Program-made: the position numbers and the translations under genes
Source: a virus
Lineage: Duplodnaviria > Caudoviricetes
IMG/VR virus record: IMGVR_UViG_3300002461_000106
Location: 1-63,811 of that record
Length of the DNA stretch: 63,811 nt
Strand: one strand, 5' to 3'
The notes under the pieces: model-generated
What the model saw: only the letters and a program-made list of their open reading frames with translations
Told to the model about the DNA's origin: nothing
The model's database searches: none
In this document: piece by piece, positions 55,624-63,811 of the stretch
How the letters are laid out: the number at the start of each line of letters is the position of its first letter
Numbering within the stretch: the first letter of the stretch is position 1

Positions 55624-55953
55624 TTAGATAACTTCAGTCAGCACGCGCCAGGACTTCAGCATTGTGCCGTCGAACGTGACCTCCACGGGCACGCCTGCCA
55701 GTTCCGCGACGTGCTGCACCTTCGCATCAGTGAGCAACGCAGCCAGCCGCATAACTACCCCGCCTAAAGCATCGCGGCGATCAGTTTCGCTCCACTTGGT
55801 GCGATCGGTCCGCGCACCGGACCAGCACCCCCAGAAGTCCATTACGCCCCAGCCCTCGCCCCCCAGATCGAACGTGGCCCCGATCATGGCGTCCTGATAC
55901 CCGCCGAAGCCGAACTTCGCCGACTTGATCTTGCCCAGTTGCTTGCGTTCCAT
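55624..55953 (-). CDS. Conserved phage hypothetical protein
   Basis: GGAGG RBS; 'GKIKS..FG.GGYQDA', 'G.PVEVTF...LKSWRVLTEVI'. Confidence 0.7.
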   Translation of the reverse strand: MERKQLGKIKSAKFGFGGYQDAMIGATFDLGGEGWGVMDFWGCWSGARTDRTKWSETDRRDALGGVVMRLAALLTDAKVQHVAELAGVPVEVTFDGTMLKSWRVLTEVI

Positions 55954-55954
55954 G

Positions 55955-56245
55955 TCACCCTCCGTTCAGTTGCGTTAGAAGTCTCTCCAGCGCGGTCGCG
56001 CTGATCCGTTCACAGTCTGCCACCGGCTCACCCATTGGCGCGTGCGGGTGCAGGGCCGGGTTCAGCAGGTCGCCCGTTGCCCGCGCGTGTATGGCGGTCA
56101 GGCTGGCGATCAGGTTAGGCACAGCAGCGATAGCCGCCGCGTCCGCCCGCGTGTGGGCCACCGCCACCAGCCGCACCTTCGGCGGGTTGGTCACGCGGTC
56201 CTCGATCAGCCATACGTTCCCATCCTTCCGGCTAGTCCAGGTCAT
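55955..56245 (-). CDS. Hypothetical protein
   Basis: GAGGAG RBS; 'DAAAIAAVP.L'. Confidence 0.6.
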   Translation of the reverse strand: MTWTSRKDGNVWLIEDRVTNPPKVRLVAVAHTRADAAAIAAVPNLIASLTAIHARATGDLLNPALHPHAPMGEPVADCERISATALERLLTQLNGG

Positions 56246-56501
56246 TGAAGTACTCCTCGTGCCGTTCCAGTTGGTCCCAGATCGCCGCGAGCTTCTCCAG
56301 CAAGACCTCTTTTTTCATGCTGCTCTGAACCGGGAAACACTCCCGCAGCGCCCAGTACATCTCCGTCGCCGGCTCCAGCGCCGCCGTCCGGTCAGCCAGC
56401 TTGGCCAGCAGGTCGGCGGTCAGGCGGTCGCCGTTGATGTAGGCCAGCCGCTCCAGTTCGGCCAGATGCTGCGATGACTCGCGTTCGGAGGTGGTGGTCA
56501 T
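56232..56501 (-). CDS. Hypothetical protein
   Basis: GGAGG RBS, ATGA coupling. Confidence 0.6.
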   Translation of the reverse strand: MTTTSERESSQHLAELERLAYINGDRLTADLLAKLADRTAALEPATEMYWALRECFPVQSSMKKEVLLEKLAAIWDQLERHEEYFNDLD

Positions 56502-56830
56502 TTTGTAGCCTCCAGTGCCCGGCGGGCGGACTCGATTGCCGCATCCGCCTCTCTCTGGTTACTGTTCTCGCCCCAGTGCTTGTGCATCATGGCGCACTGA
56601 TCGAACAGCCCGGTGAGCGCCGCGCGCAGCAGTTCCACCTGGTAGTGCTTCGCCGGGTGCGGTGCGGGCGTCGGCAGCGGGAACGGCCCTTCAATGGTGA
56701 TGGATTCCTCCTCAGGGCGCCAGTCAGTCAGTCCTTCAATCACGTCATCGACGGTCAAGGGATCATCCTGAAACTCCGGCCATGTGGTGATGCCGTGCTT
56801 ATGGGAGTAAACGACGATATAAGCCTTCAT
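56498..56830 (-). CDS. Hypothetical protein
   Basis: GGAGG RBS. Confidence 0.6.
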   Translation of the reverse strand: MKAYIVVYSHKHGITTWPEFQDDPLTVDDVIEGLTDWRPEEESITIEGPFPLPTPAPHPAKHYQVELLRAALTGLFDQCAMMHKHWGENSNQREADAAIESARRALEATK

Positions 56831-56994
56831 GTTAAATCCTCCGTATCGATTTCATGATCCATGCCCATCTCATCGATCACATGGAACACCGTAGCGATGC
56901 TCTCCGGGTCACGCTGTATCCGAAGGGCTTCGAGGGCCGCCGCTTCCGCAGAGTCGGCCTCGATGTCGATCTCCCAGCTTATGAAGTATTTCAT
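56827..56994 (-). CDS. Small hypothetical protein (55 aa, not in ORF track)
   Basis: AGGAG RBS; MKYFISWEIDIEADS.E.AA...IQRDPESIATVF. Confidence 0.55.
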   Translation of the reverse strand: MKYFISWEIDIEADSAEAAALEALRIQRDPESIATVFHVIDEMGMDHEIDTEDLT

Positions 56995-57028
56995 TTTCTA
57001 CACTCCTGGTTTAGTTACTCGGATTGGT

Positions 57029-57301
57029 TCAAACTCGCCCGCGGGCTTTCCGGACAGCCTCGCGCGCGTGGTCAAGGTCATCATCCCCCGCCATTGGGTG
57101 TATCAGGCGTTCGAGCGCGTCGATCAGGTCCGGTGCTGCGGCAATTAATCGGGCGTTCGCATGTTCCTCGTCGCCAGTGCGCTGTAAATGCACCGTCGCC
57201 ACAGTCTGCCGCTGGCCTGCCCGGATTCGGGCGTTCCGCAGAATGCGCCCGCCAATGCTGTTGTACCACTGCCACGGTCCCGGCGTATGTTTCGTTTTCA
57301 T
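57029..57301 (-). CDS. Conserved phage hypothetical protein
   Basis: 'KHTPGPW...ANARLIAAAPDL' family signature. Confidence 0.75.
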   Translation of the reverse strand: MKTKHTPGPWQWYNSIGGRILRNARIRAGQRQTVATVHLQRTGDEEHANARLIAAAPDLIDALERLIHPMAGDDDLDHAREAVRKARGRV

Positions 57302-57313
57302 AATCTCGTCCTT

Positions 57314-57826
57314 TCAGGGTTCAAGTTTCAGGCCGCGCAGCTTGGCCACTGCGAGGGACGCGGGTATCATGGCGCGGGTAAGTTCCCGGTTTTCCGGGTG
57401 GGTCTCCCAGTGTTTGATGATGCGGCCCAGCGGCCACCAGCGGCAGCCGGAGGCAACATAAGCCACCCCGCACACGTCGCAGAGCGCCCGGCGGTAGCCG
57501 TCGCAGTGGCCCATATCTTGCGCCCACGTGACCCCTTCGCCGAGCTTGACCCCTTCGCCGAGCTTGACCCCTTCGCCGAGCGTGACCCGGTCGCCGAGCC
57601 TGACCCAATCGCCGAGCCTGACCCAATCGCCGAGCGTGACCCCTTCGCCGAGCGTGACCCCTTCGCCGAGCTTGACCCCTTCGCCGAGCGTGACCCCTTC
57701 GCCGAGCTTGACCCGGTCGCCGAGCTTGACCCGGCTGCCGACATCACACCATGACACGCCGGGGCTGATCGACCAGCCGAACTCATCGACCGGCCATGCT
57801 TTTACGACTTTGCTTGCGTTAATCAT
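57314..57826 (-). CDS. Hexapeptide-repeat (left-handed beta-helix-like) protein
   Basis: 11 x V(K/T/R)LG(E/D)(G/R/W); C-terminal 'SGCRW' domain. Confidence 0.75.
   Translation of the reverse strand: MINASKVVKAWPVDEFGWSISPGVSWCDVGSRVKLGDRVKLGEGVTLGEGVKLGEGVTLGEGVTLGDWVRLGDWVRLGDRVTLGEGVKLGEGVKLGEGVTWAQDMGHCDGYRRALCDVCGVAYVASGCRWWPLGRIIKHWETHPENRELTRAMIPASLAVAKLRGLKLEP
57528..57733. repeat. Tandem repeat, about 11 x 18 bp
   Basis: Unit TGACCCCTTCGCCGAGC(T/G/C) with variants. Confidence 0.9.
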
Positions 57827-57900
57827 AATCTCATCCTTTCAAGTTAGGCGGTAACACCCGCCCCAGGGCACCCGGTTTCGCAGGCGCCGCAGGTCGGGGG

Positions 57901-58254
57901 CTACTCTCGCCACGCTTCCGGCAGGTCTACCCCTTCGGCGTCGGCGGCCTCGCGCAGATAGCGCACATCATCGCCGCTGAGATCGTCCGGGCTGTATTCA
58001 TCCAGCAAATCGGACAGGAACCCTTCGTGCCCGGCGTACGGCGTGCTGTGAAAAATCTCGCAGGCATCGCCGTTCATCATGGCGCACTGGTAATCCTCAT
58101 TGACCAGGAAAACATACCCGGAATTGCGATTCATCGCCACGCGCACGCCTACGTCCGCGAAGCTGTCAGGCCATCGGGCGGCCAAAAGTTCCGCGGCCAT
58201 CTTCCGCTCACGGGCGCCGAAGTCGGCGAGGTTTTCGGTATAAATTTCATTCAT
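57901..58254 (-). CDS. Hypothetical protein
   Basis: GAAAGGGT RBS; 'NRNSGYVFLVNEDYQ.AM'. Confidence 0.7.
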   Translation of the reverse strand: MNEIYTENLADFGARERKMAAELLAARWPDSFADVGVRVAMNRNSGYVFLVNEDYQCAMMNGDACEIFHSTPYAGHEGFLSDLLDEYSPDDLSGDDVRYLREAADAEGVDLPEAWRE

Positions 58255-58266
58255 GGTTTTACCCTT

Positions 58267-58440
58267 TCAGTGGATGCCGCAAGCCGCGGCGATAAACAAC
58301 AGAACGAACGGCAGCGCGATCACGCACGCGGCCCCTAGTACCTCCCCGGCCCGCTCATACCAGGGCAGCGCGCGCCAGTACTGGCGGGTTGTCGCCCAGT
58401 CAGGCGGGTTGAGCGTCGAGGATGGCGGGTTATGTCTCAT
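58267..58440 (-). CDS. Small membrane protein
   Basis: C-terminal TM segment, ATGA coupling. Confidence 0.5.
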   Translation of the reverse strand: MRHNPPSSTLNPPDWATTRQYWRALPWYERAGEVLGAACVIALPFVLLFIAAACGIH

Positions 58441-58709
58441 ATCCCGGCCCTCACTTTCTCGATTGCGTCCGCTCGGGAGCTGGCGCGCACGTAGGTTACG
58501 CACGGCGCGCCGTCTATTCGAGCCCAGACCGCCCACACGTTAGAAGGTGTCCCCCAGTAAGCGCCGCCGCGATCATATCCGCCACCGCCCCCTTGCCGGC
58601 GCGCGTGCAGCCGCTTGACGCCTTGCAGGTTCGCCGGGTTATCACCGTGCCGGCCCATAGGGGCGCCATATTGACAGGTGACCGGCGGGAATGGGTTAAA
58701 TTGTTTCAT
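58437..58709 (-). CDS. Conserved phage hypothetical protein
   Basis: 'YGAPMGR', 'GYDRGGAYWG'. Confidence 0.7.
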   Translation of the reverse strand: MKQFNPFPPVTCQYGAPMGRHGDNPANLQGVKRLHARRQGGGGGYDRGGAYWGTPSNVWAVWARIDGAPCVTYVRASSRADAIEKVRAGI

Positions 58710-58722
58710 AATCTGCCCTTTC

Positions 58723-59217
58723 TCAATAAACACAAATGCCGCGGTCGTAATATGCGGAAACGTCTGCGCCTTCCGGCACGTCGCCCGGCCGGATGATGTA
58801 GAGCGCCGCGCCGCGGGGGTCGGTCTGGATGTACGCCCGGACCGCGCCCTGGTCCATAGGACCGGTCCCGATTTTTGTGGGCGAATTCGGGTTGTACTCC
58901 CGCGCGTTCCGGCGGTCGATCAGCACCGCCAGCCGCTTACGCGCGCCGGTCTCGCGGTCCGGGACAGGGAAACGGCGGTCTACGTAGCCGGCGGCCGTCG
59001 GGTACTGAACCCTCATATATGGCTTGCTGTCCGGTTCGTCGCCGTCGCGCTCGACGCTTCGGGTTATCTGCCCTTCGCCGGTCCCACACTCCAATTCGTG
59101 CCACCGCCGCAGCGTGTTACTGATCCGCCGGAGCTGATCCGCTTCCGCTTCGGTGAAACCCAGGCCGGTCAATGCGGCCGCGAGTCTTGCGCGCCGCTCA
59201 AATTCTCGCTTTGTCAT
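58723..59217 (-). CDS. Conserved phage hypothetical protein
   Basis: 'LRRWHELECG', 'DRETGARKRL', 'QTDPRGAALY'; GAAAGGGTAG RBS. Confidence 0.75.
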   Translation of the reverse strand: MTKREFERRARLAAALTGLGFTEAEADQLRRISNTLRRWHELECGTGEGQITRSVERDGDEPDSKPYMRVQYPTAAGYVDRRFPVPDRETGARKRLAVLIDRRNAREYNPNSPTKIGTGPMDQGAVRAYIQTDPRGAALYIIRPGDVPEGADVSAYYDRGICVY

Positions 59218-59228
59218 TTTCTACCCTT

Positions 59229-59393
59229 TCAGTTGTACTGCCTGGCGCAGCAGTAGCGCCCCTCAAACCAGCGGAAAACCCAGCGGGCGCGCCCCTGCAT
59301 CGCGCACCGTTCCGCCATTTCCACTGTATCGAAATGGCCAGCAATCCGGCCGCCGTTTGTTTCTACCCTAAATTGCTTAATGTATCGCCGCAT
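59229..59393 (-). CDS. Small hypothetical protein (54 aa)
   Basis: GAAAGGGTAG RBS; fills the gap exactly. Confidence 0.45.
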   Translation of the reverse strand: MRRYIKQFRVETNGGRIAGHFDTVEMAERCAMQGRARWVFRWFEGRYCCARQYN

Positions 59394-59460
59394 GGCCTAC
59401 CCTTTCAGTTTGTCCGATGCGAAACCGCACCCCATGACGCCCGGCGAAGGGCGCTATAAG

Positions 59461-59763
59461 TTAGGGTTTCAGTGCGCCCTTGATTTCCCAAAACAACCCG
59501 TTACGCTCTCCGGGCGCCGCCAGATACCGCGATAAAAGGAACACACATTGCGCCCAGGCCGTGCGAAGGGCGGCCGTATAAGGCGTACTCGGCAGGTCCG
59601 GCACAATGCGCCCGTTGACGGAATAATACTTGTGGCCGTCACTGGTCAACCCAATGCAATAAAACCCGGTCCGGCTTTCGCAGCTCAGGCGCACCGCGTC
59701 CACCTCAGGGCCAACCGCGCTATAACGTACGCGGTACGGGGTGAAGTTAATTTCAGGTTTCAT
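59461..59763 (-). CDS. Hypothetical protein
   Basis: MKPEINF start with GAAAGGG RBS, ATGA coupling. Confidence 0.55.
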   Translation of the reverse strand: MKPEINFTPYRVRYSAVGPEVDAVRLSCESRTGFYCIGLTSDGHKYYSVNGRIVPDLPSTPYTAALRTAWAQCVFLLSRYLAAPGERNGLFWEIKGALKP

Positions 59764-59972
59764 TTTTTGCCCTTTCGTTTGGCGGCGCGTTCGGCCGCGA
59801 CTTGTTGACGGACTGCCATATCGAAACACGCGCCGACAGTGACATAGTACGTGCGCCGCGTGCGTTCGCTGCGGAACCCGATCACGTCGCCGGGTTCGAG
59901 GGAGACCACAACGCGCAAGCCGCGGTGCGGTCCGATGGTCCGGCGTTTGACTGGCTTGGTTATGGGGGTCAC
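59760..59972 (-). CDS. Hypothetical protein
   Basis: GTG start coupled to upstream stop; 'KPVKRRT', 'PGDVIGFR..RTRRTY'. Confidence 0.55.
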   Translation of the reverse strand: MTPITKPVKRRTIGPHRGLRVVVSLEPGDVIGFRSERTRRTYYVTVGACFDMAVRQQVAAERAAKRKGKK

Positions 59973-60259
59973 TAGAAACCCAAACAGCGCCGAATGAGGC
60001 GCAACGCCGCAGCATCCGTGAGCGCCCCTCGGAAACCCCGCCGGATGTCGCACTGCCTACCACCAGGTGCCTTGTATATGCGGTGAATAGTGTTGCGGAT
60101 TTTCCGGTTTGATTCGCGTTTCATTTTCCAATCCTCCGAAGCGTGAGAATGACAGGCGCCGCGATTGTGGTGCCGGTTAGGATGCAGGCTAGGGTTATAA
60201 GTAGCATATTGTCAGACTCCCGAAACTATCGGCGCCACGTCGGCGCCCGGTTATCTACT

Positions 60260-60276
60260 AGCACAGGCCATGCCAG
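60260..60276 (-). promoter_or_regulatory. Sigma54 (-24/-12) promoter candidate for the early arm
   Basis: Minus strand CTGGCATGGCCTGTGCT = GG-N10-GC, close to consensus YTGGCACGrNNNTTGCW. Confidence 0.6.
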
Positions 60277-61378
60277 GTTTTAGCACGTTGATTTTAAAGG
60301 GAAAATCATAATTGAAAAGTGACAAAAAAGGACACAATGTGACAATTTGGGCAGAAAGTGTAAAAGATTGTCACTAGCGCGTTGATATTGTGGGAGTAAT
60401 CCGAGAGCGTAGAGAGTAGGAGCAGGGAGTTAGTACGTTGTTAATATTAAAGAAATACAATAGTCAGGCGGTCAGGCGTGTAAGTCATTGATTATCTAGG
60501 CGTACTCACGAAAAAGGCCCATTTTTAGAGGTCGCCCCATTGATTTTAAAGGAAAAATCACGATATTCACGTTCCGTTTTGTACAGAGCGGCGCCCAAGT
60601 ACACGCGCGCCGGTTCGGATTGTACTAATTTCTCGAAATGGGATGCTCTCTGTACAAAAAAAACTGTGTAAATCGTGAATATCGTGAATAATATATAATA
60701 ATCAATAACATACATATCTCCTCTAGTGGCTATGCCTAACCCCCTGATTTCCTTGGCATATTCACGATTTTACCCCGAGTGTCAAGCAGAAAACGGAAAC
60801 CTGAATTGGCTATATAAATCAATCACTTGCCGACCTGACTGCCTGCATGGTTACTGTCACACAATCCGGACTATTTCACGATTTCGCCTCATTTTTCCCT
60901 GATTATCCTATATGAATCAATGCGCTACACCGCCAGATTGACAGGCTCAATTAGTCCACATGATGTAAAACAATTCTTACAAGCTTTTCTCGTTTTTGCG
61001 TGATTATCCCAATCAATTCAATGTGCTAGGTGAAAACGCAAAAAGTCCACATGCCGGACCGCTCGACCGCCTCGCATATTAGACTTATCTAATACTGCCT
61101 AAAAAAGAGGCAGCAATCAGGCCGCCAGACATGCCCGATTGCCAGAAAAGCCTTATATATCATCATGCTAACGGCGAAAGCTCGAAACTACTTTAAGGTC
61201 AGGCGGTCAGGCGTCAGGAGCCAAATTGTAACAATGCTTGACAAATCGGGCGGTCTGGTGGTCAGGCTTGGGGGCTCGCATTGCGGGGGGCGTGTTCAGT
61301 ATCCCCTTCCCGTACATAGCCAGGTCATTTTAGGAGGCTGTAAAATTTTTGACATTCCAAAACCAAATTGTCGCCCGC

Positions 61379-61407
61379 TTGACAACCTGACCGCCCCGCC
61401 TTATGAT
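61379..61407 (+). promoter_or_regulatory. Sigma70 promoter TTGACA-N17-TATGAT for the packaging/late arm
   Basis: Near-consensus; ATG 61414 lies at the expected +1. Confidence 0.7.
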
Positions 61408-61413
61408 TGACAT

Positions 61414-61602
61414 ATGCGCATCACCCTCACCCCCTCCAACCCCCCGACGCCCGGCGAGTCCGCCGGCACGGTGCAGCCCAGCGTGACCGTCGAGCATCCT
61501 TATGATGACCTCAACGCGCTCGAAGCGGTCCAGCTTGTCAAGCAGGCGCTGTTGGCCTGGGGGTTCAGTGAGTCAACTATCAGAGATTACTTCGCTGAAT
61601 GA
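61414..61602 (+). CDS. Hypothetical protein (probably leaderless)
   Basis: 62 aa, ATGA-coupled to next gene. Confidence 0.6.
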   Translation: MRITLTPSNPPTPGESAGTVQPSVTVEHPYDDLNALEAVQLVKQALLAWGFSESTIRDYFAE

Positions 61603-62114
61603 CTGACACCCTCGACGACGATATCCCCGACAGCGCAGCGGTCAGGCAGTCTGACCGCTTGGCTGCCTTGCCGTCAATCTACCAGACCAAGTTCGAGCGG
61701 CTGGCCTACGAGCTGGCGCTGCGCATGGAGCCAGTCGAGGACACCTTCCAGCGGTACGGTTACACCGCCGAAGCTGCGGCGTCGCTGCTGGAGTCGCCCG
61801 AGTTCCGCGCGCTGTGTGATCGGGTGGGCGATGACGTGCAGAAGAACGGCCTGTCGTTCAAGGCGAAGGCGAAGGCCCAGGCGGAAGAACTGCTGGCGCA
61901 CTCGTTCGACATGGCGACTGACCCGCTGGTGTCCTCGGCGGTGCGGGCGGACCTGATCAAGTGGACGGCCCGCGTGGCGGGCCTGGAGCCGAAAGGCGAC
62001 AAGGACAACGAGAAGAACGCTGGCGGGGGGCTGACGCTGAACATCAGCTTCGCGGGGCAACCAGCGCACCCCATACTGTCGTCCGGGCATGAGCCTGTGA
62101 CGATCGACCAATAG
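61599..62114 (+). CDS. Putative terminase small subunit
   Basis: Helical 171 aa upstream of terL, C-terminal 'LTLNISF' beta strand; assignment mainly positional. Confidence 0.5.
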   Translation: MTDTLDDDIPDSAAVRQSDRLAALPSIYQTKFERLAYELALRMEPVEDTFQRYGYTAEAAASLLESPEFRALCDRVGDDVQKNGLSFKAKAKAQAEELLAHSFDMATDPLVSSAVRADLIKWTARVAGLEPKGDKDNEKNAGGGLTLNISFAGQPAHPILSSGHEPVTIDQ

Positions 62115-62123
62115 GAGGCGAGA

Positions 62124-62315
62124 ATGCTGGCCAACCTGACCGCCACACCGACGCGCTGGCTGATGCGCAGCAGCAACGGGTCACTCTGGGCGACTGAGCA
62201 CCGATACACCGAGGCCGAGGTCAAGACCTGGCAGTGCTCGCAGCCCGCCCGCCGGATGACCCTCGCCGAGGAGGCGGTGATCCCGTGGGGCACCGTGAAG
62301 GGGCAGCGGGCATGA
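62124..62315 (+). CDS. Hypothetical protein
   Basis: AGGAGG RBS. Confidence 0.55.
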   Translation: MLANLTATPTRWLMRSSNGSLWATEHRYTEAEVKTWQCSQPARRMTLAEEAVIPWGTVKGQRA

Positions 62316-62557
62316 GCGCCCGCGTGTTCGTTCACCCCCGCTGCTGGACCGAGCCCGGCGTCGGCGTCCTGACCGAGCGACTGATGGCCCTCGGGTTCGG
62401 TGGGGATGAACTGTGCGTCGGACCGCTCGACAAGCGCGGCCGTCGCGACCTCTGCCGCATGATCGAGAAGCGACCAGACGGCGCGCTGGTGCTGGAGCAG
62501 ATGGACGGGGTGCGGTTCGAGTATCGACCCATCGACCCCCCGAGGAGCGCGGCCTGA
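62312..62557 (+). CDS. Hypothetical protein
   Basis: ATGA and TGATG coupling on both sides. Confidence 0.55.
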   Translation: MSARVFVHPRCWTEPGVGVLTERLMALGFGGDELCVGPLDKRGRRDLCRMIEKRPDGALVLEQMDGVRFEYRPIDPPRSAA

Positions 62558-63811
62558 TGCGCATCGACACGAAGTTCCCGCCGACCACCAGTGCCTACAT
62601 GCAGTCCGAGGCTCGGCACCGCTGGATACTCGGACCGTTCGGCTCAGGCAAGTCCGTCGGCAGCCAGTGGGAGATCCCGCGACGAGCCGCGATGCAGAAG
62701 CCATCAACCGTTGATGGCCGGCGGAAGACACGGTTCGCGGTCATCCGTAACACGATGCCGCAGCTCCGTGACACCACGATGAAGACCTGGTTCGACTGGT
62801 TCCCAAACGGCACGCTGGGATACTACAAGGAGACCGGGAAGACCTACTATATCAAGCAGGGGGATATCGACTGCGAGGTCGTGTTCCGCGCGCTGGACGA
62901 CGCTGCCGACGTGAAGAACTTGCTGTCGCTCGAGTTGACCGGCGCCTACGTGAACGAGTTTCGCGACATCCCGCGCGAGATCATCGAAGCTCTCGACGGC
63001 CGGATCGGGCGGTACCCGCGCATGAACGAGGGTGGCCCGTCGTGGGTGGGGGTCTGGGGGGACTCGAACATGCCGGATGAGGACTCCTACTGGTACTACC
63101 GGCTGAGTGGGATCGACCCGGACGATGGGAAGACCGAGGTTGACCTGAAGAAGCTCGGCGTCGAGGTGTTCATCCAGCCGCCGGCCATGCTGCGCGTCGG
63201 GGAGAAGCAGTACATCCCGAACCCGAAGGCGGAGAACATCGAGAACCTGCCGCCCGGATACTACGAGGCGCTGGTCAACGGGAAGACGGACGACTACATC
63301 CGCACCTACGTGATGTGTGAGTATGGCCGGTCTCGCGGCGGGAAGCCGGTGCATCCCGCGTTCAACCGCGATATCCACGTCGCCAAGACCCGGCTGATCC
63401 CCGACCCGAACTCGCTCCTGCTGGTGTCTGCCGACTTTGGGCTCACGCCGGCGATGGTGCTGAAGCAGCAGAACGCCTTCGGTCAGGTGCTGACGCTGGA
63501 CGAGATCGTGACCTTTGGGATGGGCATCGAGCGTGCGATCGAGAGCAAGCTGCTGCCTCTGATCCGGCAGAAGTACGACGGGTTTGAGATATTCGTGACG
63601 GGTGATCCAAGCGGCGCCAGTGGGTCGCAGGCTGACGAGACTTCGTGCGCGGATATCTTCAAGCGATACTCTCGCAAGGGGCTCGGTAAGGTGAAGTTCG
63701 CCTACTCGAACAGCCCAGTGCATCGGCAGGGGGCGACGGATCATTTCCTTACCCGACTGGGTGACTTCGGGAGGCCAATGTACCAGATCGACCCAGAGTG
63801 CAAGTGGCTGA
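62557..63811 (+). CDS. terL: Terminase large subunit, N-terminal ATPase part (runs off window end; absent from ORF track)
   Basis: MRIDTKFPPT..., Walker A 'GPFGSGKS', 'IRNT.PQLRDTT', Walker B 'LTGAYVNE'; GAGGAG RBS. Confidence 0.9.
   Translation, partial: MRIDTKFPPTTSAYMQSEARHRWILGPFGSGKSVGSQWEIPRRAAMQKPSTVDGRRKTRFAVIRNTMPQLRDTTMKTWFDWFPNGTLGYYKETGKTYYIKQGDIDCEVVFRALDDAADVKNLLSLELTGAYVNEFRDIPREIIEALDGRIGRYPRMNEGGPSWVGVWGDSNMPDEDSYWYYRLSGIDPDDGKTEVDLKKLGVEVFIQPPAMLRVGEKQYIPNPKAENIENLPPGYYEALVNGKTDDYIRTYVMCEYGRSRGGKPVHPAFNRDIHVAKTRLIPDPNSLLLVSADFGLTPAMVLKQQNAFGQVLTLDEIVTFGMGIERAIESKLLPLIRQKYDGFEIFVTGDPSGASGSQADETSCADIFKRYSRKGLGKVKFAYSNSPVHRQGATDHFLTRLGDFGRPMYQIDPECKWL
63039..63811. repeat. Right copy of 773-bp end redundancy
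   Basis: Matches 1-773 with synonymous-only differences. Confidence 0.95.

Larger units (their letters stand above)
60210..61413. other. AT-rich divergent control / probable packaging region
   Basis: Non-coding; IHF-consensus sites at 60481-60493 and 60817-60829; duplicated palindrome TGATTTT-N6-AAAATCA; GGTCAGGC repeats. Confidence 0.75.

Noticed and set aside
57528-57733. CRISPR array or iteron cluster
   Set aside because: No spacers; in-frame coding repeat of a hexapeptide protein
60506-61410. ORFs 60506..60715 and 61165..61410
   Set aside because: Lie in the AT-rich motif-dense control region, lack RBS and have atypical composition
62704-63744. 346-aa minus-strand ORF
   Set aside because: Shadow of terL, which the ORF track missed because it runs off the window end
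1-63811. Integrase, repressor switch, tRNA genes, alternative genetic code
   Set aside because: No recombinase motifs or cloverleaf seen by eye; standard code gives dense, coupled genes with all three stops in use

Overview
The window looks like an essentially complete genome of a GC-rich dsDNA tailed phage, probably podovirus-like and infecting a Proteobacterium. It is circularly permuted inside the large terminase gene: positions 1-773 recur at 63039-63811, giving a unit length of about 63,038 bp. The + strand (61414 through the junction to 28609) carries packaging, head (portal, scaffold, N4-gp56-type major capsid protein), tail and ejection genes, including a 2000-aa polyvalent protein, plus lysis genes and several fibre-like modules. 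The - strand (about 60200 down to 28606) carries many small early genes, then DNA metabolism and replication genes: a C5 methyltransferase, Fic, PolA, dNMP kinase, nucleases, an SNF2 helicase, an SSB-like protein and a DUF927 primase/helicase. An AT-rich control region (about 60210-61413) separates the two arms. I found no integrase, clear repressor, tRNA, CRISPR array or reverse transcriptase. The most notable signals are: (1) an intein in the SNF2 helicase whose HNH-type endonuclease is encoded in a different reading frame with its own RBS, while the intein frame stays open; (2) a two-frame, EcoHK31I-like methyltransferase with repeated modules; (3) a sigma54 promoter/IHF/enhancer layout driving the early arm; (4) three modules pairing a small beta protein with a 20-21-aa repeat protein; (5) a candidate small RNA with an anti-SD loop; (6) end repeats that differ only at synonymous sites. 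All functional calls come from motifs recognised by eye; no database searches were run.
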